Origin: Bacteroidaceae bacterium
GTDB lineage: Bacteria > Bacteroidota > Bacteroidia > Bacteroidales > Bacteroidaceae
Assembly: GCA_017542145.1 (NCBI GenBank)
Contig: JAFXXQ010000019.1
Coordinates: forward strand, 4,669-68,668
Direction of reading: 5' to 3'
Length of the DNA stretch: 64,000 nucleotides
Shown in pieces: positions 1 through 8,578 of the stretch; position 1 is the stretch's first letter, and every line of letters begins with the position of its first letter. The translations under genes and the position numbers were made by a program. The notes beneath the pieces were generated by a model. It saw only the letters and a program-made list of their open reading frames with translations, was not told where the DNA came from and did no database searches.

Positions 1-235
1 TAATGAGGGCGACGGTCTCGCCGCCACGCAGACGCTCGATGAGGGGAGCGACGGTCTGATGCTCGTTGAACTTATGGTGGCTCATCAGCCGGCCCTGAAT
101 GTCGAAGTGCTTGAGCAGGATGCCGCTCGTGCGGGTGTCCTCGCAGAGTATCAGGTCAGCCTCCTTCAGGATGCGGATAGCACGGAGAGTCATATCCTCC
201 AGATTGCCGACGGGGGTGGGTACAAGGTATAACAT
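1..235 (-). CDS. rsmI: 16S rRNA (cytidine1402-2'-O)-methyltransferase RsmI, N-terminal part; gene runs off the left edge
   Basis: Reverse translation from ATG at 235-233 reads MLYLVPTPVGNLEDMTLRAIRILKEADLILCEDTRTSGILLKHF..., the conserved RsmI N-terminus. Confidence 0.8.
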   Translation of the reverse strand, partial: MLYLVPTPVGNLEDMTLRAIRILKEADLILCEDTRTSGILLKHFDIQGRLMSHHKFNEHQTVAPLIERLRGGETVALI

Positions 236-255
236 GCGGCGAAGGTAATATAAAA

Positions 256-332
256 AATGAAGAATGAAGAATGAAAAATGAAAAATAAATTGCGAACTGC
301 GAAAATAGTGCATTAGGAATTGCGAATTGGGA
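256..332. repeat. Word-like tandem tract (AATGAAG/AATGAAA heptamers, then AATTGCGAA words)
   Basis: aatgaagaatgaagaatgaaaaatgaaaaataaa followed by ttgcgaactgcgaaaa...ggaattgcgaattggg, in the divergent rsmI/tdk intergenic region. Same word family as 37535-37636 and 61088-61252. Confidence 0.7.
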
Positions 333-367
333 TTTATTTTGTATTTTTGCGGAAAATAAAAGACATC

Positions 368-964
368 ATGATCAGCTTTTCAGAAGACAGAATGGACGAG
401 ACGCGCCGCAGGGGGCGAATAGAGGTGATTTGCGGTTCGATGTTCTCAGGCAAGACGGAGGAACTCATCCGCCGCATGAAGCGCGCACAGTTTGCCAGGC
501 AGAAGGTGGAGATCTTCAAGCCAGCCATTGACACGCGCTATTCGGAGGAGGATGTCGTGAGCCACGAGGGAAACGCCATCGCCTCTACCCCACTCGACAA
601 CGCCGCCAGCATACTGTTGCTCTCGTCGGACATCGAGGTGGTGGGCATCGACGAGGCGCAATTCTTCGACAAGGGGCTGGTGGATGTCTGCAATGAATTG
701 GCCAGCCGTGGCATCCGCGTCATCGTGGCCGGGCTTGACATGGACTTCCGCGGCGTGCCCTTCGGTCCCATGCCCGACCTCTGCGCCATTGCCGACGAAG
801 TGACAAAGGTTCACGCCATCTGCGTACGCTGCGGCAACTTGGCCTACCTCTCCCATCGTCTGGTAGCGGGCGAAAAGCGCGTCCTGCTGGGCGAGAAAAT
901 GGAGTATGAACCCTTATGCCGAGTCTGCTATCAGCAGGCCATAGAGGAGGCTGCAAGGGAATGA
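368..964 (+). CDS. tdk: thymidine kinase
   Basis: P-loop [18 protein letters not shown] and C-terminal Cys pairs CVRCG...CRVCY. ATG at 368 preferred over the TTG at 320 used by the ORF track. Confidence 0.9.
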   Translation: MISFSEDRMDETRRRGRIEVICGSMFSGKTEELIRRMKRAQFARQKVEIFKPAIDTRYSEEDVVSHEGNAIASTPLDNAASILLLSSDIEVVGIDEAQFFDKGLVDVCNELASRGIRVIVAGLDMDFRGVPFGPMPDLCAIADEVTKVHAICVRCGNLAYLSHRLVAGEKRVLLGEKMEYEPLCRVCYQQAIEEAARE

Positions 965-1076
965 ATACTGAAAAAATAAAAAAATCGGGAGAAAAGTTTT
1001 GAAGGTAACGAAAAATGGCGTAATTTTGCACCCGCTTTCTGCAAGGAACGCTCAGAAGAGTTTTTTACATAAGGTT

Positions 1077-1149
1077 GACTCGTTAGCTCAGTAGGTAGAG
1101 CACATCCCTTTTAAGGATGGGGTCTTGGGTTCGAGCCCCAAACGGGTCA
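1077..1149 (+). tRNA. tRNA-Lys (anticodon TTT)
   Basis: 73-nt cloverleaf: acceptor GACTCGT/ACGGGTC, T-arm TTGGG-TTCGAGC-CCCAA, anticodon loop CTTTTAA; CCA not encoded. Confidence 0.9.
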
Positions 1150-1165
1150 CCTAATATGGAAAAGA

Positions 1166-1192
1166 AAAAGGTCACCGAGATGGTGACCTTTT
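1166..1192. terminator. bidirectional intrinsic terminator
   Basis: GGTCACC-GAGAT-GGTGACC hairpin flanked by an A-run and a T-run, between tRNA-Lys (+) and the convergent SGNH gene (-). Confidence 0.6.
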
Positions 1193-1212
1193 CTCTTCTT
1201 TTCCCCTCAACC

Positions 1213-2043
1213 TTACGGCACAATCACCTTCTGAAGAGCCTGAATAAGGACATTGGCCATGCGCTGATAGCCCACGTCGTTGGGATGAAGGGCTACGTCG
1301 ATGGACTGCATGGAGAGGTCGTTCTGCCCGCCGCACTCGGCGAACCAGTCGGCAACGGGGAATCCCTCGTACTCGGCAATCTGACGAATGAGGTCGACAT
1401 ATTCTTTCAAATAGATTTTCGTACCATCGGATGCCACCATAGGGTCATACCAATGAGCAGGCAGGTAGTCACCGAAGCCGTAGGCCTTGCGCGGCGTGCA
1501 GAGCACCACTTTGGCACTCTTGTTGACCTTGAAAATGCGGTCGATGATGCGGCGATACTGGTAGGCAAACGTGGTGTTGTCCTTCTGGCCGATGTAGTCG
1601 TCCTCGAAACTGCCCACTTTGACGCAATGCCCCCAGTCGTTGATGCCGTGCTCGATGGTGTAGTAATCGGCACGGACGATGGCATCGTAGGCCGAGCTGA
1701 GCGTGCCGGCATTAACGCCGCGGTTGAAGAGCTTCTGGAAGTGGAGCTTGTCCATCACGCGATCCTGATAGCCGCGCGTAAAAGCACCCCCAGCAAAGGA
1801 GACATTGTCGTTGTACCACGTGATGGAAGTGCCAAGACTGCACCAACGGCCGTTCACCTCCACCGTAGTGGAACTGACGCTACCTTCGGGAAGGAGGGAG
1901 GTGTCGCTGAACGTCACGCTATCCACCGCAGAGACGTTGTAAACCGTTGTCTCGTTGGTGCTCTCATGGACTATCATGCTCTGTGCGAACGAGCATAGGA
2001 CAAAACCGACTGCGGCAGTCAATAACAGGAAAAGGCGTTTCAT
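1213..2043 (-). CDS. secreted SGNH/GDSL-family hydrolase
   Basis: Signal peptide MKRLFLLLTAAVGFVLCSFAQS. SGNH blocks GTSIT, GINDWG, HPNDVGY. Start moved to ATG 2043. Confidence 0.75.
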   Translation of the reverse strand: MKRLFLLLTAAVGFVLCSFAQSMIVHESTNETTVYNVSAVDSVTFSDTSLLPEGSVSSTTVEVNGRWCSLGTSITWYNDNVSFAGGAFTRGYQDRVMDKLHFQKLFNRGVNAGTLSSAYDAIVRADYYTIEHGINDWGHCVKVGSFEDDYIGQKDNTTFAYQYRRIIDRIFKVNKSAKVVLCTPRKAYGFGDYLPAHWYDPMVASDGTKIYLKEYVDLIRQIAEYEGFPVADWFAECGGQNDLSMQSIDVALHPNDVGYQRMANVLIQALQKVIVP

Positions 2044-2106
2044 GGAATTCTTACATATTTTAGAAGTGCAGGAGTTCACACTCCTGCACTTCCCAATAAA
2101 CACTTT

Positions 2107-3027
2107 CTATGAATTGGCAGCCTGCTCCCATTGGGCACGAAGGAGCTCTACGGCAGCGGGAACGGTTTCCTCGCGTTTGCCAGCAGTACCGCACTCGAAG
2201 CTGACGTACTTGTCGTAGCCCAACTGCTGGAGAGCACGGAAGCCATCGACGTAGTTGTCCTTGTCGCCGTCCTCGCCAGGCATGATGCGGCGTCCACGTG
2301 AAGCCATGTGGACATGCTGCAGGTACTTTGTACCCGCCGACATGAATGCTCCGTAGTCGGATGTCTCCTCCATCATATGCCAGAAGTCGCCCATGCACTT
2401 CACGCCGTCGCTTTTGGAGTCGCGGCAGATAGCAGCAGCATCGGCAACAAGACGGAGATAGAAGCATTCGCCACGATTGAGGGGCTCAAGGATAACGGTC
2501 GTGCCACACTTGAGAGCGTACTCACCCAGCTCGTGAAGTTGTTCGCAAAGGTAGTCGCGCGTCTCGCGGTTGTGGGGCAGACAGGGCTTTTGGCCATTGA
2601 AGGCAGGCACCATAATGACACCCGTAGAGCCGAGTTGACCAGCTGCAGCAACGATGTCGCGCATAGTGGAGTCAAACTGCGCTTTGACAGCGGGGTCTTC
2701 AGCAAGAATGAAACCCGAGAAACCTGCGCAGATGGCCGACACTTTGATGTTGCGGCCATTCAATGCCTGGCTGATTTCGTTCACACGTTTGGCCAGATTA
2801 CCTCCGCCGGGCTCAAAGCCGACGATGCCGAGGTTTTCCATGTAGTCGAGCTTTTCAGCAAGCGACTTGCCAGGAGCTATACCCTCCTGGAAGGAAAGCT
2901 TGAGAGGAACGCTTGGGGTCTTAACCTTGGGTGCTGAAGTGCACGAGGTTAGCGCAGCAAGGGGCGACGTCATGCTGGCGACAGCAGCACCAGCAAGGGA
3001 TGTCTTGAAGAATTTGCGACGATTCAT
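2107..3027 (-). CDS. Tat-exported xylose-isomerase-like TIM-barrel protein (sugar phosphate isomerase/epimerase family)
   Basis: Twin-arginine N-terminus MNRRKFFKTSLAGAAVA; remainder resembles the AP-endonuclease-2/xylose-isomerase TIM-barrel family. Confidence 0.8.
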   Translation of the reverse strand: MNRRKFFKTSLAGAAVASMTSPLAALTSCTSAPKVKTPSVPLKLSFQEGIAPGKSLAEKLDYMENLGIVGFEPGGGNLAKRVNEISQALNGRNIKVSAICAGFSGFILAEDPAVKAQFDSTMRDIVAAAGQLGSTGVIMVPAFNGQKPCLPHNRETRDYLCEQLHELGEYALKCGTTVILEPLNRGECFYLRLVADAAAICRDSKSDGVKCMGDFWHMMEETSDYGAFMSAGTKYLQHVHMASRGRRIMPGEDGDKDNYVDGFRALQQLGYDKYVSFECGTAGKREETVPAAVELLRAQWEQAANS

Positions 3028-3059
3028 CTCTAAAAGTTTTTCAAGTTAGAAATAAGAAA

Positions 3060-4403
3060 TTATCTGCCCTTACCTGGAACCTGAACGGTATATTGCGACA
3101 TATCCATCGGGCCTATCTCAAGCTTGGCGGGCAAGTAGTCCAGCGGAGAGGCAGACATCTGCTCCCACGTCACGGTCTGGCCCGTGTAGGCCGACTCGCG
3201 TCCCATAACACCAGCCAACGAGGACTCAGCCGTCTCGGTAGCCTCTTCATGGCCTTCGTTCTTACGGATGTGGTTCACCCAGTCGACGTGTTCGAGGACG
3301 TAGGGGTTGTGCTGCTTGTACTTTTCGCCAGCTGCCTTGTCGTCGTACTTCCAAAGGAGGTTGCCCTGCAGGTCGCGGATTTCGTTGTTTTCGCTGTTCC
3401 ACGAGCCCTTGGCGCCCTGGACGAACTCGCTGACACGGTTGGAGCAGCCGTCGATCTGGCGGCACATGCTGTGCAGATGGATGCCGTTGGGGAAGGTGAA
3501 ATCGACGCTGAAGTTGTCGTACTGGTCGCCCGTGATGCGGCGCTGGCGACTACCGAAGCCTGTAGCGCTGACGGGTTTCATACCGGTCATCCACATGAAG
3601 ACATCGATATTGTGGACGTGCTGTTCAACGATATGGTCGCCTGAAAGCCACTTCCAGTTCACCCAGTCGCGAATCATCCATTCCATATCACTCCAGCCCT
3701 GTTCACGCTCGCGATACCAGAGCATACCGCCATTCCAATAGACGTTGCCGCCTGTAATCTCGCCAATGATGCCCTGCTGGATGAGCTGGAAGGCCTCAAC
3801 ATAGCGACGTTCGTGATGGCGTTGCGTGCCAGTGACAACGCTGAGGTTCTTGGCCTTTGCCTGACGGGCAGCGGCGATGATGGTACGGTAGCCCTTGGGG
3901 TCAACGGCAATAGGCTTCTCGAGGAACGAGTGGACACCCTTCTCCGTAGCATAGCGGAAATGCTCGGGACGGAAAACGGGAGGCGTGGTAAGGATGACCA
4001 TATCGACACCCGAGTCGATGACCTTCTTGTATGCGTCAAAGCCGATGAAGATGCCCTCGTCAGGGACGTTCTGTCCGCGCTTGGCAAGCTGGGCACGGAC
4101 GCCATTGAGGCGGTCTATGAAGACATCGCCCAAAGCCGTTACCTTGATGCCATCAGCAGCATCGAGGACATCGCCTATAGCACCTGAGCCACGTCCGCCG
4201 CAGCCTACGAGGCCAACCTTCAGCTCGCGGCCGGCGATGGCCTTGTCGGGGAGCTCAGGAACATAGTACTCGCCCTCAGCACGCAGAGGAACCAGCTTGG
4301 GCTCTTTGGAGGTACAGGAGGTGAGGAACGCGGGAGTGACGGCACTCGCCAAACCAAGCTTAGCGGTAGTAGCGAGGAATTTTCTTCTGTTGATTTTTTC
4401 CAT
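3060..4403 (-). CDS. Tat-exported Gfo/Idh/MocA-family oxidoreductase
   Basis: Twin-arginine signal INRRKFLATTAKLGLA, Rossmann motif GLVGCGGRGSG, typical Gfo/Idh/MocA length and layout. Confidence 0.85.
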   Translation of the reverse strand: MEKINRRKFLATTAKLGLASAVTPAFLTSCTSKEPKLVPLRAEGEYYVPELPDKAIAGRELKVGLVGCGGRGSGAIGDVLDAADGIKVTALGDVFIDRLNGVRAQLAKRGQNVPDEGIFIGFDAYKKVIDSGVDMVILTTPPVFRPEHFRYATEKGVHSFLEKPIAVDPKGYRTIIAAARQAKAKNLSVVTGTQRHHERRYVEAFQLIQQGIIGEITGGNVYWNGGMLWYREREQGWSDMEWMIRDWVNWKWLSGDHIVEQHVHNIDVFMWMTGMKPVSATGFGSRQRRITGDQYDNFSVDFTFPNGIHLHSMCRQIDGCSNRVSEFVQGAKGSWNSENNEIRDLQGNLLWKYDDKAAGEKYKQHNPYVLEHVDWVNHIRKNEGHEEATETAESSLAGVMGRESAYTGQTVTWEQMSASPLDYLPAKLEIGPMDMSQYTVQVPGKGR

Positions 4404-4446
4404 TGTTATTGAATTTTGGGGGTTATATGCGAATGGGAGTCATGAT

Positions 4447-5985
4447 TTATTGGGAGACGAGGAACGGAGGGACATCGCAGACGATACGGAAGCCGATACC
4501 CTTGATGTCAGAATACCACCAGATGCTTTTAGGATTCTGGGGGTCGGTACGCAGCCAGGCGTCGTGGTCCGTATGTCCACGGGCGGCGCTACGAAGCTCA
4601 ACGGCGTCGTCAGCATAGTTGCCGCCACGGACGACGTGCTCAGTACCCGAAGCCGGACCCTTGGGGTCAACGGCTCCGTCAGGAGTCTGGGCGTAAGCAT
4701 CGGCGCTATACCAGTCGGAACAGTATTCGAGGACGTTGCCCGACATATTCTTCAGGCCGAAGGGGTTGGCATGGACGCGTGTAGGCTCCTGCGTACGGTT
4801 ATGGCTATTGGCTGTATAGACGGTATAGCGATTGATGTTTGTCGTGTCGGCGCCAAAGATGCGGTTGCGGAAGCTTTTTCCCGTAAAGCGGGCAGGCTTA
4901 CCCTCGAAGAAGTAGGGGGTTTCCGTTCCGCCGCGAGCGGCGTACTCCCATTCAGCCTCGGTGGGCAGACGGTAGTGACGGCCTGTCTTTAGCGAGAGCC
5001 ATTGGCAGAAGGTTTCAGCGGCATAGTGAGTCATAGTGATAGCCGGGCGGTCGCCCATGCCCCAACCTTGATCGGGATTGCCGAAGGGCGGCGTGGGACC
5101 GCTCACAGCATCCACGTCTTCACGACTGTTGTTGGCATAGATGACTTCGGGCGGCGTACGGCCTTCGGACATCGTCTCTGCATAGAACGTCCAGTACTGA
5201 TCCCACGTGATTTCAGTCTCACTCATGAAGAACGACGAGACGCTCACCATGTGCTGCGGCCACTCATCAGGCTGGCTGTAAGCGTCTTTCTTATTGCTTC
5301 CCATGAGGAACGTGCCGCCCGGTATGGCTATCATAGGGATATCGATGTCCGTTGCGGGAATCTGCTCCTTGAAGTTGGCGAAGGAGGTGACGGTAGCGGG
5401 ATCCGTATAAATGTCGCCGCGCGCCTTTGGACGCGGCACGCCCACCATCTTGGCGTGGCTGTAGTTGGGGTTGTAATGCCCCACGTCCAGATGGCAGCTG
5501 ATGCATTGGAGGCCCAGCTTCTTCTCGTTCTCCTCGTAATAGAGGTGGGCCGAGATGCCGTCGTCGCTGATACCGGCGGGGAACAGGTTGACGTGGCACG
5601 TCTTGCACGAGCTGTTGTAGACAATCTTCACGGCGTGCTCCAGCTCGCCCTTGCTCTCCCAGTCGATGTTCTCGCTCTTCTTGGTAAGATAGCCCCAGAT
5701 GTCCTTCATGCCCATGCGCGTCTTGGCAACAAAGTGGGCAAAGGTGTTCTTCGGAGGCAGGTGGCAGGCGGCGCAATCGGTCTTCGTGCCGCTGGAGTTG
5801 TTGTAATGCGACGAGAGTTTCCAGCTCTCCTCAGCCTTGGGGTGCACATGGCACATGGCACAGCTCTCGTTCGTCGAGCTACGTTCCCAGAAGTGCACGG
5901 CAACGAGCGTAAGCGCCATGCCTACAACGGCTCCGAAAAGTCCCACGAGCCAGCCTCTCTTCACCTTCTTTGAACGCTTCTTCAT
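4447..5985 (-). CDS. membrane-anchored NapC/NirT-type tetrahaem cytochrome c fused to an FGE-sulfatase (SUMF1-like) domain
   Basis: N-terminal TM helix. Four CXXCH motifs (CAMCH, CAACH, CKTCH, CISCH). C-terminal RLPTEAEWEYAARGG, NVLEYCSDWY, VVRGGNY, GIGFRIV. Confidence 0.8.
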   Translation of the reverse strand: MKKRSKKVKRGWLVGLFGAVVGMALTLVAVHFWERSSTNESCAMCHVHPKAEESWKLSSHYNNSSGTKTDCAACHLPPKNTFAHFVAKTRMGMKDIWGYLTKKSENIDWESKGELEHAVKIVYNSSCKTCHVNLFPAGISDDGISAHLYYEENEKKLGLQCISCHLDVGHYNPNYSHAKMVGVPRPKARGDIYTDPATVTSFANFKEQIPATDIDIPMIAIPGGTFLMGSNKKDAYSQPDEWPQHMVSVSSFFMSETEITWDQYWTFYAETMSEGRTPPEVIYANNSREDVDAVSGPTPPFGNPDQGWGMGDRPAITMTHYAAETFCQWLSLKTGRHYRLPTEAEWEYAARGGTETPYFFEGKPARFTGKSFRNRIFGADTTNINRYTVYTANSHNRTQEPTRVHANPFGLKNMSGNVLEYCSDWYSADAYAQTPDGAVDPKGPASGTEHVVRGGNYADDAVELRSAARGHTDHDAWLRTDPQNPKSIWWYSDIKGIGFRIVCDVPPFLVSQ

Positions 5986-6015
5986 GCTAAACCTGCCTCT
6001 TCACTCAAAATTGGC

Positions 6016-6047
6016 CAAAATTACAAAGAATCCTTCGCGCGCGCAAA
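6016..6047 (-). promoter_or_regulatory. candidate Bacteroidota promoter for the cytochrome/GFO/TIM-barrel genes
   Basis: On the minus strand, TTTG (6047-6044), a 20-nt spacer, then TAatTTTG (6023-6016), about 30 nt upstream of the ATG at 5985. Confidence 0.4.
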
Positions 6048-6156
6048 CAAAAAAGGAAAAAAATAAGATATTTTAAGACAAAAAGTATTTTGGCAGATGT
6101 ATTCTCCCAGCTACTGGCGCACCTCCACGAAACACCAGTATCAACTTCCCTAAAAA

Positions 6157-6245
6157 TTCCATCAAATGGAAAAAAAGTTCCATAGGCTGGAAAAAAAATT
6201 CCATCAAATGGAATTTAAATTCCACAGGCTGGAATTTTTCCGGAA
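6157..6245. repeat. four 21-bp phased TTCCA-N5-TGGAA palindromes plus TTCCGGAA
   Basis: ttccatcaaatggaa (6157), ttccataggctggaa (6178), ttccatcaaatggaa (6199), ttccacaggctggaa (6220), ttccggaa (6238); separated by A-runs. Confidence 0.75.
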
Positions 6246-6290
6246 TTTGACGTTCTTATTGCCTTGTTTGCTGCCTGCTGAGCAGAAGCT

Positions 6291-7139
6291 TCAGTTCCGT
6301 TCCCAGAACTTTATGTCGACGGAAGATTCCACGCTGTCCTCCACGCCGTCGGGCAGGGCGTGGAAGAAGTCGATACCCGTGAGGTTCTCCACCTCGTCGA
6401 TGGTGCAGTAGTCGTCCATGTACTGTCCGTTGCCGGCATTGTTGTCCATAACGAAGGCAATACCCTCGTACTTTTTCCCATTGGGCGCCAGTACCACCTT
6501 GAAGAAGGCATCGGGCACCACCACATGACGGTCGCCAATGGTCTTGGGCTCGCGCGAGGTAACGATGGGTCCCGTCACAATCCATGCCCGTCCGTAACGA
6601 CGTGCCCAGCGCCGGCAGGCGTTCTCAAGGTCGTTCCAGTCGCCTTTGTTGAGGTTGTGGTTCTGGGGACAGATATTCGTCAGGTAGAAGCAGGCGTCCA
6701 TCGCCTCTTTGCTCCACTTCATATCGCCCGCCGGAGCCATGTGTCCTCGGTCGTAGCCGGTATGGCTATAGTCGGCAAATCGGGCCTGACGCCCCTTCAG
6801 CGTGGGGTCGACATCGAAGTAGTCCGTGCGCTCCACAGAGCCGCGCGTCTCCTCCTTGGTGAGCTCGTAGGCCACCCAGTTGGGGATAAGCCAGCTCTGG
6901 TTGTAGGAGATGCGGAAGCCTTCGTGCACAAGCATACGCTCGCCGCTGCGCGGCACCTCTAAGCGGGGCAACTCCAGAAGAACCTCTGCTGTGAGCTCAT
7001 CGGAAGAAGACACAGGAGATAGACCGGCTACGGGCTGATAGAAGTCAGCACCTTTTCTCCCCTCCGATGAAGTGGAACCAGCGCAAGCCGTCAGCAACAC
7101 ACAGAGCATCAGGAGCCATCCTGTTTTTAAGCGGGCCAT
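6291..7139 (-). CDS. DNA/RNA non-specific endonuclease (lipoprotein)
   Basis: Lipobox LLTAC. Active-site DRGHMAPAGD and NICPQNHNLN motifs of the NUC1/Serratia-type nuclease family. Confidence 0.85.
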   Translation of the reverse strand: MARLKTGWLLMLCVLLTACAGSTSSEGRKGADFYQPVAGLSPVSSSDELTAEVLLELPRLEVPRSGERMLVHEGFRISYNQSWLIPNWVAYELTKEETRGSVERTDYFDVDPTLKGRQARFADYSHTGYDRGHMAPAGDMKWSKEAMDACFYLTNICPQNHNLNKGDWNDLENACRRWARRYGRAWIVTGPIVTSREPKTIGDRHVVVPDAFFKVVLAPNGKKYEGIAFVMDNNAGNGQYMDDYCTIDEVENLTGIDFFHALPDGVEDSVESSVDIKFWERN

Positions 7140-8536
7140 CAGAACAGGTAATTAAAGCCGATATTCGTCCAAAGTCCTGTGCCGTCGTTGGCGCTAAAGG
7201 CTTTAGCAGCCTCGAAGGAAATAACCATGTTGTGGTTCATGACCAGCTTCAGGCCACAGCCTGCCGTGCTATGGAGGTGCTCAGCCTCGCCGCTATAAAA
7301 GACAGGAGAGAGAGACTGTTTCTGGACATCAAGCTTATGCGGCTTAATGACCTGTCCGCAGTCGAAGAAGGGGTTGACGGCAAAACCCCAGTTCTGGTTG
7401 ATGAAACGGAACTCCACGATACGCCAGCGCAGTTCGGCATTCAGCAGGGCAAAGCCGTCGCCGATGACGCCGTTACGATGGATACCGCGCACGGAGGCGT
7501 TTCCACCCAAGCCCTCGGTATACATCTTACGGAAGAACATGGTGTTCATATTGTTGCAGAAGTAGAAGGGAACATTGCCAAACAGGGTGTATTGCGCCCC
7601 AAGACGATAGGCCAGGGTGAGCTTGTCGCCGACGACGGGGACGTAATGACTGCCCATGAAGAGGATGCCGCCATTGGTGTGGTTGTAGGTATCGGTACAG
7701 TCAAGGAAATCGGGAGCGTAGTAGAAGGTGGCTTCGATGTTGACGCCTCGCGTGGGGTCGCTGTCGTGGTCGCGGGTGTCGTAGGTAAGGCCGGCTTTTA
7801 GCTGAGTGACATTACCGCCCCCGGCTTCCTCAGGGGCTATCATCCCAAACTCGTTGTATAAATTATAAAGAGTCAACTGATTGGCATACCATTCTTTTTT
7901 TTCAACATCATTACCGGCAAGTTTGTCGCGATTGATGTCGCCCGTCTTTATGTTATAGTAGGCTAACCCAGCCGCCCAGTTCAGTCCGCCGGAAATCTTC
8001 TTCTGTATGCTGACTACGGCGCGGAACTGATTACGCGATATCCAGTTGAAAGCGCTCTTCCTGCCTTCGGGAACGGGCAGTTCGTTGTACATCCGCGAGG
8101 AAAAGGGATTGTCGATTCTGGTGAAAGCCATTTCGGGGACATAGAGCGACGAAAAACCATTGAACCCATAGAACTCGAACTTCGGGGCGTTGAAGTAGGT
8201 GACGTCGAAGAAGAGCTTGCCGTCGGGGATGAGCGTCTTGAAGTCGCCGTAGCAGCGCAGCACGCTGGACCCCTTGGTATAGGTGCTTGCCTCGAGGTTA
8301 ACTTTATAGTTGTAAGAGGGATAGCGGGTACCGTCGCCGTAGTTGAAGATGTCGCAACAAAGACCATACTGGAAGCCGAGGTCGCTGTCGAAGCCCACCA
8401 CGGGCAGCGGGCCGAAGTTCCAGCCCTTCTTGATGATTTCTTTCTCGCTGATGGAGCGTGTCGATTCCTGCGCCACCAAAGGCATCACAGTCAGGATGGC
8501 CAATACCAATAATGTCGTTGACGTTATCTTTCTCAT
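7139..8536 (-). CDS. outer-membrane beta-barrel protein, Omp85/surface-antigen-like, no obvious POTRA region
   Basis: Signal peptide, alternating beta-strand pattern, C-terminal NIGFNYLF. Its stop overlaps the nuclease start (TGATG). Confidence 0.6.
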   Translation of the reverse strand: MRKITSTTLLVLAILTVMPLVAQESTRSISEKEIIKKGWNFGPLPVVGFDSDLGFQYGLCCDIFNYGDGTRYPSYNYKVNLEASTYTKGSSVLRCYGDFKTLIPDGKLFFDVTYFNAPKFEFYGFNGFSSLYVPEMAFTRIDNPFSSRMYNELPVPEGRKSAFNWISRNQFRAVVSIQKKISGGLNWAAGLAYYNIKTGDINRDKLAGNDVEKKEWYANQLTLYNLYNEFGMIAPEEAGGGNVTQLKAGLTYDTRDHDSDPTRGVNIEATFYYAPDFLDCTDTYNHTNGGILFMGSHYVPVVGDKLTLAYRLGAQYTLFGNVPFYFCNNMNTMFFRKMYTEGLGGNASVRGIHRNGVIGDGFALLNAELRWRIVEFRFINQNWGFAVNPFFDCGQVIKPHKLDVQKQSLSPVFYSGEAEHLHSTAGCGLKLVMNHNMVISFEAAKAFSANDGTGLWTNIGFNYLF

Positions 8537-8578
8537 AGTTTCTTGAGTTTTGTTTTTCCTTATATTAATAATTATGTG

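Noticed and set aside
320-367. N-terminal extension of tdk from a TTG start ([16 protein letters not shown])
   Set aside because: It is encoded by the word-repeat and promoter region. The ATG at 368 gives a normal-length thymidine kinase.
1117-1998. 293-aa plus-strand ORF antisense to the SGNH hydrolase gene
   Set aside because: It mirrors a well-supported minus-strand gene, has no signal or motif, and shows the Val/Gly/Ala/Asp-rich composition typical of antisense frames in GC-rich genes.
6166-6411. 81-aa ORF MEKKFHRLEKKFHQMEFKFHRLEFF...
   Set aside because: It is a translation of the TTCCA-N5-TGGAA palindrome array, and it overlaps the 3' end of the nuclease gene.
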